The notes under the pieces are model-generated. The model saw only the letters and a list, made by a program, of their open reading frames with translations, did no database searches and was not told the origin of the DNA. This document shows positions 11,423 through 22,751 of a stretch of 64,000 nt of DNA, one piece after another. The DNA is taken from contig OZ024766.1 in assembly GCA_964016885.1 (NCBI GenBank), positions 8,432,001-8,496,000 of the forward strand. The letters are read 5' to 3'. Numbering within the stretch: position 1 is the first letter of the stretch; every line of letters begins with the position of its first letter. This stretch comes from Eledone cirrhosa. Lineage: Eukaryota. The position numbers were made by a program, and so were the translations under genes.

Positions 11423-11472
11423 TATATATATATATAAGGGTGACAGGAAGAGTGAGAGAGAGACAAAGAAAC

Positions 11473-11531
<59 letters not shown>

Positions 11532-11874
11532 AGGGTGACAGGAAGAGTGAGAGAGAGAGAGACAAAGAAACATATATATATACACACACACATATATATA
11601 TATATAAAGTGACAGGAAGAGTGAGAGAGAGAGACAAAGAAATATATATATATATAAAAACAGGATATCACAAAAAATGTATACATACTTCAACAGCATT
11701 CTAATAAATATTGCCTGTACAGGTAATCAAGGTGTGTGTGTATAAATATATATATATATAATAATGATATAATAATGAAATTATTGTGTACAGTGCTCAG
11801 GTGCACTACAACTCGTCAAAGGTGCATGTATAGTACATAGAATAATACACAAATGTATATATAGAGAGATATAC

Positions 11875-11908
<34 letters not shown>

Positions 11909-12414
11909 ATGTATATATGTGTGTGTGTGTGGGTATATAGATGTATTTGTGTGTATATATATATATATATAGAGATATACGTGTGTGTGTATATATATAT
12001 ATAGAGAGAGAGAGAGATATATGTGTGTGTGTATATATAGAGAGAGATATATGTGTGTGTGTATATATAGAGAGATATATATGTGTGTGTGTATATATAG
12101 AGAGATATATATGTGTCATCATCATCATCACCGTTTTACGTCCGTTCTTCCACGCTAGCATGGGTTAGACGGGTTGTCCTGTTGTGGGCAGTGTCTGGTC
12201 GGCTGACCATGCCTTGCTCATACAGGAACTGATCTGGCTTGATTTCTACAGCTGGATGCCCTTCCTAACACCAACCTCATTTACAGTGAGTGCTGGGTGC
12301 TTTTTCGTGGCGCCTACACGTCCACTTTACAGTGTGGGCTGGGTGCTTTTTTGCCGTGGCACCTCCACGACCACCTTGCGGTGGGGGGGGGGGGGGGCAT
12401 ATTGTTTATATGCT

Positions 12415-15400
12415 TCAGCATGTACCCATGGGAGGTCGGGTACCCTGTATTACTGCGTGACGCCAGAAGTCACGGTCGTGTGTCATTGACTTTGAGAGGT
12501 GTAGTTGGGTAAGGTCGGCTTTTATCACCTCATCCCAAGTCATCTTGGGTCTCCCCACTCCGCGGTTTCCATCAACTTCTAGTGCTCTGCACCTTTTTAT
12601 GCAGCTGTCATCCTTCATACGCATCACATGTCCATACCAGCGTAACCGCCTCTCCTGCACGCAGCATTTGATTCCTCTTATGCTCAGTCTCTCTCTCAAT
12701 TCATTTATGCTTTGTCGTTCACGTATATTACTGTTACACATCCATCGGAGCATGCAGGCTTCGTTTCTCTCTAATCTACGTAAGTCTTCCACCTTCAGCG
12801 CCCAGGTCTCACTACCATGCAACATCGCTGTTCGGATACACGCATCATACAGTCTGCCTTTCATTCTGAGGGAGAAGCCTTTTGCAGCTAGCAGTGGTAG
12901 TAGTTCCCTAAACTTCTTCCATCCCGTTCTTACCCTAGTTATTGTACTTTCTGAGCACCCACCTCCGTTGCTAATTCGGTCACCTAGGTAGCAGAAGCTG
13001 TCTACTGTTTCTACAGGGCCCTCCCAGAGATTGGTGGTACTTGTTTCCTGTGGCTGTTTGCTTGCTGTTTCAGCACAGCTGCTGCATGTGAATCCTACAT
13101 TCTTAATTAAGCTTCCTGAGATCCCGCTACATCTCTTGTGTACCCATTGTTTGCATTTGGGGCAAAGAATGGAGTTCCTACCTACACCTTTCCTACATAC
13201 TGAGCAAGGCCATTTCCCTGAGGGGATCTGGGTTCTGTTTTCTCGTCTACTTATAAGGACCTTAGTCTTTGTCATGTTGACTTTGAGGCCCTTTCTCTCT
13301 AGTCCCTGCTTCCAGGTTTGGAATTTATTCTCTAGTTCTACCATAGATTCAGCTATGAGTGCGAGGTCATCAGCATACAGGAGTTCCCATGGGCATCCGG
13401 TCTTAAACTCCTCCGTTATTGCCTGCAGGACTATGATGAACAGGAGAGGGCTAAGAACAGAGCCCTGGTGGACCCCAACCTGTACGCTAAATTCCTCGCT
13501 ATACTCATTGCCAATCCTAACTTTGCTGACTGCTCCCCTATACATGGCTTGTACCGCTTTCACAAGCCATTCATCTACTCCTAGTTTTCTAAGAGCCCAC
13601 CAGATTACTGCACGTGGAACTCTGTCAAAGGCTTTCTCAAGGTCGACAAATGCCAAGTAGAGTGGCTTACTTTTAGCTAGGTACTTTTCCTGTAATTGCC
13701 TCACAAGGAAGAGCGCATCAGTGGTGCCTTTCCCTGGAACAAACCCAAATTGCATCTCGTCTATATTCACCCGGTCCCTAATCAGCTGTGCTATAACTCT
13801 TTCTGTTACTTTCATGACCTGGTCCATCAACTTTATACCTCTATAGTTTCCTCTATCTAGTGCATCGCCTTTACCTTTGTAGCAGTTGACAATGATGCTA
13901 CTGCACCAATCTTTTGGTATGGCCCCCTCTAGTATTACCTGGTTAACGATACGTGTGGTTATAGTGTGACCTACAGACCCAGATGCCTTCAGCATCTCGG
14001 CAGCTATACCCGATGGACCGGTTGCCTTCCCTATCTTCATATCTCTGATTGCCTTACTTACTACGCTGCCGCTGACTTGTACTGCTGGTCCCTCTATAGG
14101 GTCTACGTGGGGTAGGGTCTCTTCTTCCCATGCATTCTCCTCATTTAGTAATCTATCATAATGACTCTTCCATGCATCTTTCTTCTCAGCACTTGTGAGG
14201 GCAAGCTCACCTTTATCATTCCGGATACACTTCTCTCCAATGACATCACAACTATCTCTGACACACTGCCTCGCAATCTTGAATACCTCCTGTTTCTGGT
14301 CCTCACGTTGTAAAACATGCTTGAATTTTCTATCCTCTGCTTCCCTCCTAGCTAAGTATACTTGTCGCCTAGCTTCCCTCTTGGTCTCTATGTAATGTAC
14401 CCTGCTCCCCCCGTTCTTCCATTCTTTCCATGCCTGTCTCTTGGCCTTGACTGCTTCATCTACTTTATTGTTCCACCACCAAGTCACTCTCCTCCTGCTT
14501 GAGGTCTTACTCCAGCCACAAACCTCATCCGTCGCCTCTAGTAAGTTATTTTTTAGGAACTCCCAGTTCTCTTCTACGTTAAATGTCTCTATCTGTTCTT
14601 CTTTACTGTCGTAGGCGTTGAGTAAAATATCTTTAAATCTGTTACTGGTTGAGGGGACTTTCAGCTTCCAGATCTTTCTTCTCCAGGTTGGCCTCTGTTT
14701 CAGGGCTCGTCTAGTTCTGACCGTGAGGTCGCTGACAACTAAGCTATGTTGGGATGTACATTCCTCACTAGGGAAGGCTTTTGTGTTTACGACCGTCCAT
14801 CTGTCACGTCCTCTGATGAGAATAAAATCTAACTGACTAGAGTGCTCCTCTGATCTATAGGTGATCAGGTGGTTGTCGGGTTTTTTAAAGTTTGTGTTAC
14901 ATATCGACATGTCATTGGCGTCGCAGAATTCTAGAAGTCTGAATCCTTCCTCATTCCTTGTGCCAACTCCATGGCCTCCATGTACTCTATTGAAGCCGTC
15001 GCAGTGTTTACCTACGTGTCCGTTAAAATCTCCTGCAATGATTAGGAAGTCCTTGTCGTCTGTTAGAGCAGTAGTGTGTATTAGGGACTCGTAAAACCTA
15101 TCCTTAAGTTCGTCTGGCAGCCCCGATTGGGGTGCGTAAGCTGATATTATTGTGGTAATTGTCTTATTCAGGACTAGTCTGAGTTTAATGATTCTTGCAT
15201 TTACCCTGTACACTGAGATTACTTTATCTACCCACTTGTCAGCTAATAGTATACCTACACCACCCATCCCATCGTCGTTTCCCACCCAGAAAAATTTGTA
15301 GCACTGGCTTTTTCCTACAAGGACTCTAGCAGACCCTCCTCTCCATCTAGTCTCTTGCACACAGCATACATCAACTTCCTTTCGCTCTAGCATTTCTACG

Positions 15401-15534
15401 ATTTCTCCTGCTCTTCCTTTCATTGAGCCTACATTGATGGTACCAACTCGGAGTTTTGGGCATTTGTCGACACTCGTAGGGGAGGGTCTCTGGGTTGGCG
15501 CTTCACGTGGGTGCTTGGTAGCTCGCAGATTCAT
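12415..15534 (-). CDS. LINE ORF, 1039 aa: AP endonuclease + reverse transcriptase with PHD-like finger
   Basis: GTINVG, VCCVQET, GDFNGH (APE); FVDLEKAFD, GVHQGSVLSP, YADD, YLG (RT); no stops or frameshifts. Confidence 0.97.
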   Translation of the reverse strand: MNLRATKHPREAPTQRPSPTSVDKCPKLRVGTINVGSMKGRAGEIVEMLERKEVDVCCVQETRWRGGSARVLVGKSQCYKFFWVGNDDGMGGVGILLADKWVDKVISVYRVNARIIKLRLVLNKTITTIISAYAPQSGLPDELKDRFYESLIHTTALTDDKDFLIIAGDFNGHVGKHCDGFNRVHGGHGVGTRNEEGFRLLEFCDANDMSICNTNFKKPDNHLITYRSEEHSSQLDFILIRGRDRWTVVNTKAFPSEECTSQHSLVVSDLTVRTRRALKQRPTWRRKIWKLKVPSTSNRFKDILLNAYDSKEEQIETFNVEENWEFLKNNLLEATDEVCGWSKTSSRRRVTWWWNNKVDEAVKAKRQAWKEWKNGGSRVHYIETKREARRQVYLARREAEDRKFKHVLQREDQKQEVFKIARQCVRDSCDVIGEKCIRNDKGELALTSAEKKDAWKSHYDRLLNEENAWEEETLPHVDPIEGPAVQVSGSVVSKAIRDMKIGKATGPSGIAAEMLKASGSVGHTITTRIVNQVILEGAIPKDWCSSIIVNCYKGKGDALDRGNYRGIKLMDQVMKVTERVIAQLIRDRVNIDEMQFGFVPGKGTTDALFLVRQLQEKYLAKSKPLYLAFVDLEKAFDRVPRAVIWWALRKLGVDEWLVKAVQAMYRGAVSKVRIGNEYSEEFSVQVGVHQGSVLSPLLFIIVLQAITEEFKTGCPWELLYADDLALIAESMVELENKFQTWKQGLERKGLKVNMTKTKVLISRRENRTQIPSGKWPCSVCRKGVGRNSILCPKCKQWVHKRCSGISGSLIKNVGFTCSSCAETASKQPQETSTTNLWEGPVETVDSFCYLGDRISNGGGCSESTITRVRTGWKKFRELLPLLAAKGFSLRMKGRLYDACIRTAMLHGSETWALKVEDLRRLERNEACMLRWMCNSNIRERQSINELRERLSIRGIKCCVQERRLRWYGHVMRMKDDSCIKRCRALEVDGNRGVGRPKMTWDEVIKADLTQLHLSKSMTHDRDFWRHAVIQGTRPPMGTC

Positions 15535-15778
15535 ATTTCATCTATTGATTCAGAGTTGCTCGTGTATTCCCAGCTCATCCATCCATAACGGTGGGAAAAT
15601 TGAGGGCTAGAAGGACAGTGGTGGTGGGGTAATGGCAGGGTGTGTTGGGATGCGCCAGAGGAGGAGAGAGTTAGTTAGGCAGGTAGTAGCAGCAGCAGCA
15701 GTGGAAATGGCATGCTAGGTTTGATTGGTCGAATAGACTATGGTGGTGTGTGGGGGTGGGGGGGAGGGAAATTGTGAG

Positions 15779-17011
15779 GTAGGAACTGAGGGTCGCATGG
15801 TAAATATCCAAGTTAATACTACATCAGTAAAATTAACAATAATAACGTCATGAAAAAAGCTACTAAGAGAAACCCTCGAAAATTTATCGTTAATACAGCA
15901 GGGAAAATTTAACGCTAATACAGCAGGGAACATCATAATATTAACGACATGAAAAAGCTACTAAGAGAATCCCTCGAAAATTTATCGCTAATACAGCAGG
16001 GAAAATTTAACGCTAATACAGCAGGGAACATCATAATATTAACGACATGAAAAAGCTACTAAGAGAAACCCTCGAAAATTTATCGCTAATACAGCAGGGA
16101 AAATTTAACGCTAATACAGCAGGGAACATCATAATATTAACGACAATATGTAGGCTAAAATACCTTCGTAGATTAGGTGGATGGCTGGCTGGGAAAATTT
16201 GAATCAGCTCTACTGGTACATTTTAGCAGAGAAGAATGGCAAAGTGTCTTATCTCTTCAATATTTTCAGATTGAATGAATTAGGTTAAAGACAGGGTAGT
16301 AAGCCTTAAAGAAGTGCATAGAGGGGGGGGGGGGGGGGTAGGAACTGAGGGTCGCATGGTAAATAACTGAAAGAGATACAATAGGATTAGAATACCGCAT
16401 GGTAAATATCCAAGTTAATAAGTTAATACTACATCAGTAAAATTAACAATAATAACGTCATGAAAAAAGCTACTAAGAGAAACCCTCGAAAATTTATCGC
16501 TAATACAGCAGGGAAAATTTAACGCTAATACAGCAGGGAACATCATAATATTAACGACATGAAAAAGCTACTAAGAGAAACCCTCGAAAATTTATCGCTA
16601 ATACAGCAGGGAAAATTTAACGCTAATACAGCAGGGAACATCATAATATTAACGACATGAAAAAGCTACTAAGAGAAACCCTCGAAAATTTATCGCTAAT
16701 ACAGCAGGGAAAATTTAACGCTAATACAGCAGGGAACATCATAATATTAACGACAATATGTAGGCTAAAATACCTTCGTAGATTAGGTGGATGGCTGGCT
16801 GGGAAAATTTGAATCAGCTCTACTGGTACATTTTAGCAGAGAAGAATGGCAAAGTGTCTTATCTCTTCAATATTTTCAGATTGAATGAATTAGGTTAAAG
16901 ACAGGGTAGTAAGCCTTAAAGAAGTGCATAGAGGGGGGGGGGGTAGGAACTGAGGGTCGCATGGTAAATAACTGAAAGAGATACAATAGGATTAGAATAC
17001 CGCATGGTAAA
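15779..17011. repeat. Nested tandem repeats: ~560-605-bp unit x2.1, each containing 98-bp x3
   Basis: GTAGGAACTGAGGGTCGCATGG at 15779, 16338, 16943; GCTACTAAGAG at 15859, 15957, 16055. Confidence 0.92.
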
Positions 17012-17541
17012 TGTGTGTGTGTATATATAGAGAGATATATATGTGTGTGTGTATATATAGAGAGATATATGTGTGTGTATATATAGAGAGATATATGTGT
17101 GTGTGTATATATAGAGAGATGTGTGTGTGAGTGTATAGATGTATTTGTGTATGTATGTATATATAGAGAGATATACGTGTGTGTGTGTATATATATATAG
17201 AGAGATATACGTGTGTGTGTGTATATATAGAGAGATATATATGTGTGTGTGAGTGTATGGATGTATTTGTGTATGTATGTATATACAGAGAGAGATATAC
17301 GTGTGTGTGTATGTATATATATATATAGAGAGATATATATGTGTGTGTGGGTGTGTGTGTGTATATATATAGAGAGAGAGAGATATATATGTGTGTGTGT
17401 GGGTGTGTGTATATATAGAGAGAGATATATATATGTGTGTGTGTGTGTATAGATGTATGTGTGTGTATGTATGTATATATAGAGATATACGTGTGTGTAT
17501 GTGTGTGTGTATATATATAGAGAGAGAGATATGTGAGTGAG

Positions 17542-17575
<34 letters not shown>

Positions 17576-17627
17576 TATATATATGTGTGGGTGTGTGTAT
17601 ATATAGAGAGATATGTGAGTGTGTATG

Positions 17628-17663
<36 letters not shown>

Positions 17664-17752
17664 AAGAGAGAGAGAGGGGTGTACACAGAAGGAGAGGGAG
17701 GGCCCAAAAGCCTGAAGCCCTTTGTGATGAAGCTAAGAAGGGGTTAACTTAC

Positions 17753-17851
17753 TCATCCGTGGCATTGGGGCCACTCCGGTTTTTATTTGATGCTGACCCC
17801 ATTGTTAAAGACACCACCATCTCTTCATCACCCACATCGTTGTCGACGGAC
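17753..17851 (-). CDS. TRIM37: TRIM37 exon (SVDNDVGDEEMVVSLTMGSASNKNRSGPNATD)
   Basis: 99 nt, TTCTAG/GTAAG, phase 2 to 2; MSVDNDV resembles MSGENDV. Confidence 0.85.
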
Positions 17852-18023
17852 CTAGAAGGAAGGAAGTACAGGGACCGTTATAGTGTTATAAGGGGCCACT
17901 GGAGATTCTAGTGACATAGACATACACGGAGAGATGGAGAGAGTGTGAGAGAGAGACAGAGAGTGAGAGAGAGAGAGAGAAACAGACAGACAGACAGAGA
18001 CAGAGAGAGAGAGAGACAGACAA

Positions 18024-18055
<32 letters not shown>

Positions 18056-18173
18056 GGAGACAGACATACAGAGAGAGACATACAGAGAGAGACAGACAGA
18101 CAGACAGAGAGAGACAGAGAGAGAGAGAGAGAGACAGACAGAGACAAAGAGACAGACAGACAGAGTGACAGAC

Positions 18174-18212
<39 letters not shown>

Positions 18213-18265
18213 GAGAGACAGAGAGACAGAGAGAGAGACAGACAGAGACAAAGAGACAGACAGAC

Positions 18266-18316
<51 letters not shown>

Positions 18317-18528
18317 AGAGAGCCAGACACAGACAGACAGACAAACAGAGACAAACACACACAGATATAAGAGGATCAGGGTTGGGTCGGCTTTGGGTTG
18401 GTTTAGGGGTTACTGATTAGAACCAGGTAAGGTAAGTAGGATAAATAAGATTGAGGTGGAGTGAGGTGTAACTAGGTGAAAGTACCCTACACCCATATAT
18501 AAATAAATAAATATATATATATACTTAC

Positions 18529-18629
18529 ATAGTTTCCTCATCAATATCGTTCTCGTCATTGCTGTAGGTATGGCTCTCGTAAGCCGTCTCATCCGTGGTG
18601 TCATCTAATTCCTCAATCTCGCTGAGTCC
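18529..18629 (-). CDS. TRIM37: TRIM37 exon (GLSEIEELDDTTDETAYESHTYSNDENDIDEET-M)
   Basis: 101 nt, TTTTCAG/GTAAG; ENDIDEETM matches human TRIM37. Confidence 0.9.
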
Positions 18630-18685
18630 CTGAAAAACAACAACACAAACATACAGAGAAAACATTTCATGAGGGAGGGGCCGTA

Positions 18686-19652
18686 TTCATCATCATCATC
18701 ATCATCATTTTACGTCCGCTTTTCCCTGCTTGCAAGGGTGAGACGGGTCTTATTCAGCACAGCATCTCTCCACTTGTCACGGTCCCTCGTCATCTCCACC
18801 GTGAGCTTCAATGATCTGAGGTCTGTTCTCACCACCTCCGCCCATGTTTTTCGTGGTCTACCACGTCTTCCTTCAACTGGCATTTCCTGGCACTTCTTCA
18901 CCCATCGGTCATCCTCCATGCGCATCACATGTCCATACCACCTCAGTCTCCTCTCCCGTACACTACATTCTATCCCTCTCAGACACAGTTTCTCTCTCAA
19001 CACATCACATGTCCATACCACCTCAGTCTCCTCTCCCGTACACTACATTCTATCCCTCTCAGACACAGTTTCTCTCTCAACACATCACATGTCCATACCA
19101 CCTCAGTCTCCTCTCCCGTACACTACATTCTATCCCTCTCAGACACAGTTTCTCTCTCAACACATCACATGTCCATACCACCTCAGTCTCCTCTCCCGTA
19201 CACTACATTCTATCCTTCTTAGACACAGTTTCTCTCTCAACTCATCACATGTCCATACCATCTCAGTCTCCTCTCCCGTACACTACATTCTATCCCTCTC
19301 AGACACAGTTTCTCTCTCAACACATCACATGTCCATACCACCGCAGTCTCCTCTCTCGCACACTACATTCTATCCCTCTCAGACACAGTTTCTCTCTCAA
19401 CACATCACATGTCCATACCACCTCAGTCTCCTCTCCCGTACACTACATTCTATCCCTCTCAGACACAGTTTCTCTCTCAACATATTTATGCTGGGTCGTT
19501 CACGCACATTGACATTGCACATCCAACGGAGCATGCTTGCCTCATTTCTCTCCAGCCGTCGCATATCCTCTGCAGTTGCTGCCCATGTCTCACTACCATG
19601 CAGTATTGCGCTCCTCACACAGGCATCATACAACCGGCCTTTCGTACGCAGG
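18686..19652 (-). mobile_element. Truncated RTE LINE family B with ~7 internal 80-bp repeats
   Basis: Same protein fragments and tail as 5272-6238. Confidence 0.92.
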
Positions 19653-19663
19653 GATAGATAGAT

Positions 19664-20038
19664 GGAGGCACATGGCTTAGTGGTTAGAGCATTGGCCTTG
19701 CAATTGAAAGGTTGTGAGTTCAATTCTCAGACCGAGTGATGTGTTGTTTCCTTGAGCAAGACACTTTATTTCACATTGCTCCAGTTTACTCAGCTGTAGA
19801 AATGAGATGATAGGGACTGGGGTCCCTATCATTCCACTGCAAAGTGGTCGTGGAGGTGCCACGGCAAGAAAGCACCCAGCACTCACTGCAAAGTGGCCGT
19901 GGAGGTGCCACGGCAAAAAAGCACCCAGCACTCACTGTAAATGAGGTTGGTGTTAGGAAGGGCATCCAGCTGTAGAAATCAAGCCAGAATCAGTTCCTGT
20001 CCCACCCTTGCAAGCAGGGAAAAGCGGACATAAAATGA

Positions 20039-20040
<2 letters not shown>
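19664..20040 (+). mobile_element. SINE family 1 (49-bp module duplicated)
   Basis: Full copy. Confidence 0.9.
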
Positions 20041-20100
<60 letters not shown>

Positions 20101-20104
<4 letters not shown>

Positions 20105-20603
20105 GATATTAATAAATGGAAACTATATTTATAAAACCACACCTATTTCATTATACATATTTCAGGGATACCAAATTAAATTATGGTATGCCTTCATCAG
20201 ACAAAATACAATATATAACAGTTTTACAAATAAGCTTTGACATACCCTATTAAAATGCAACCATTATTTTTGGAAGCCATCCAGATAGCGAGTTGTTTAT
20301 ATTATTTCAAAATAATATAAACAACTCACTATCCGGATGGCTTCCAAAAATGATGGTTGCATTTTAATAGGGTATGTCAAAGCTTATTTGTAAAACTGTT
20401 ATATATTGTATTTTGTCTGATGAAGGCACACCATAATTTAATTTGGTATCCCTGAAATATGTATAATGAAATAAATATGGTTTTATAAATATAGTTTCCA
20501 TTTATTAATATCGTATATCTACTCCAAATACTTGTTGAGTGCTTTATATCAGTTATAAAAATATTTACTTGTTGTATCCCAACAACTTTAAATAGAACTT
20601 TTG
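20101..20603. mobile_element. Foldback element (~205-bp arms, almost no spacer) with hammerhead motifs at 20144-20208(-) and 20409-20473(+)
   Basis: Near-perfect palindrome centred near 20308; outer arms match the 11001 element. Confidence 0.75.
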
Positions 20604-20625
20604 TATATATATATATATATATATG

Positions 20626-21088
20626 CAAAGTTTTATTTAAATTGTTGGGTTACAACGAGTAAATATTTATAACTGATATAAAAGCACTCAACAAGTATTT
20701 GGAGTATATTTACGATATTAAATAAATGGAAACTATATTTATAAAACCATATTTATTTCACTATATATATTTCAGGGATATCATATTAAAAATATGGTAT
20801 GCCTTCATCAGACAAAATACAATATAAACAGTCTTATAAATAGATAGATTTGACATACCTTACACTTCAAACTTCCATTTAAAAAGTTCCATTTAAAAAG
20901 ATTTGACTACCAAATCAACTTTATAAATGGAAGTTTGAAGTGTAAGGTATGTCAAATCTATCTATTTATAAGACTGTTTATATTGTATTTTGTCTGATGA
21001 AGGCATACCATATTTTTAATATGATATCCCTGAAATATATATAGTGAAATAAATATGGTTTTATAAATATAGTTTCCATTTATTTAAT

Positions 21089-21092
<4 letters not shown>
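20626..21092. mobile_element. Foldback element (diverged subfamily, opposite orientation) with hammerhead motifs at 20754-20819(-) and 20986-21051(+)
   Basis: Palindrome 20711-21092; the extension 20626-20710 is inverted relative to 20519-20603. Confidence 0.72.
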
Positions 21093-21136
<44 letters not shown>

Positions 21137-21299
21137 ACAAAAAAAAAGAATCAGTGTTGCAACGAAAGGAATTTATTGGACATATTACAGTCGTTTCTCT
21201 GGCAACCAGCTTGAGGCACGATCAAGCAAAGAATCGCTGCTTTCACCCTTAACGGGATCATCTGAATTTCAGAAGACCCTGTTAAGGGTGCAAGCAGCG

Positions 21300-21897
21300 T
21301 AGTGGTGGTGGTGGTATTAGTATTGGTGGTAGAAATGGTGATGGTGGTGGTAGTAGTAGTAGTAGTAGTGGCGGTGGTGGTGGTAGTGGTGGTGGTAGTG
21401 GTGGTGGTGGTAGTGGTGGTGTATATAGCGGTGATGGTGGTGATGGTGTAGTGATGGGAGTGGTGTATGTGGTGTTGGCGTAGTGGTGATGGTAGTGGTG
21501 ATAGAGTGATGGTGTGGTAGTGTAAGAGAGAGAGAGCTATATCAAATACTTACATGTGGTTTAGAGAACCAATTCTAGGGGAGAGAGAGAGAGATAGAGA
21601 GATAGATAGACAGATAGAGAGAGAGAGATAGATAGAGAGAGAGATAGAGAGAGAGAGATAGAGAGAGAGAGAGAGCTAGAGAGATAGATAGAGAGAGAGA
21701 TAGATAGAGAGAGAGATAGATAGATAGAGAGAGACTCAACATGTGTGAGTATGTGTGTATGCATATATATATATATGTATATCTGTGTGCATGTGTGTAT
21801 ATGTATGGGCATGTGTGTGTGTATATATACATATATATGTGTGTATATATATATGTGTGTGTGTATATATATGTGTATATATATGTGTGTATATATA

Positions 21898-21932
<35 letters not shown>

Positions 21933-22400
21933 GTGAGTATATATATATATATATGTGAGTGTATATATATGTGTGTATATATATGTGTATATATATATGT
22001 GTGTGTGTGTATATATATATATGTGTGTGTATATATATATGTGTGTGTGTGTATATATATATATGTGAGTGTATATATATGTGTGTATATATGTGTGTAT
22101 ATATATGTGTGTGTGTATATATATATATGTGTGTGTATATATATATGTGTGTATATATATATGTGTGTATATATATATGTGTGTGTATATATATATGTGT
22201 GTGTATATATATATATGTGTGTATATATATGTGTGTGTGTGTATATATATGTGTGTGTGTGTATATATATATGTGTGTGTGTATATATATGTGTGCGTGT
22301 ATATGTATGTATTTGTCTGTATGTATATGTGTAAGTGTATCATAGCATGTGTGTATGTGTATCTGTATCTTTATGTATGTGAATATATATATATATATAC
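21300..22400. repeat. (GGT/AGT)n, (GATA/GA)n and (GT/AT)n microsatellites
   Basis: Direct observation. Confidence 0.95.
21554..21574 (-). CDS. TRIM37: Candidate 21-nt microexon (NWFSKPH)
   Basis: CTCTCCCCTAG acceptor, GTAAGT donor, phase 0 to 0, no stop; the only unique sequence between two microsatellites. Confidence 0.55.
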
Positions 22401-22577
22401 ACACCATCCCCCCCACATCATATACAGCGAAAACACCACCGTAAATACAAAGAACAGTTAAGCGTGACCTCACCTGTCCTGTCCATCACCACCATAACCC
22501 CTACCTCACTCCCAACTCACCTCATTAGACCCAACCCCACTCCAGACAGCCACACACCTCTCCCAGCCTCTACCTAC

Positions 22578-22723
22578 CTCATTAGACTCAGTACTGGAGT
22601 CCGACTCAGGGTCCTCTTCATCCACATCTGTACTGGGATGGTCCACTTCAGCTACATTAGGACGGACAGGTTTTGGATGCAGTATGGCATGGTGGGAGAT
22701 TAAGCTATCACAGCTTTGAATAT
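22578..22723 (-). CDS. TRIM37: TRIM37 exon, acidic region (DIQSCDSLISHH...DVDEEDPESDSSTESNE)
   Basis: 146 nt, TTGCAG acceptor, GTAGGT donor, phase 1 to 0; alternative in-frame donor at 22521. Confidence 0.8.
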
Positions 22724-22751
22724 CTGCAAGAAAACAACACACAATATATAT

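Larger units (their letters stand above)
12114..17011 (-). mobile_element. Apparently full-length RTE-clade LINE (family A) with (TGA)n tail and tandemly repeated 5' region
   Basis: Single intact ORF, ~300-nt 3' UTR; same compound microsatellite on both flanks; 5' boundary inferred. Confidence 0.85.
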
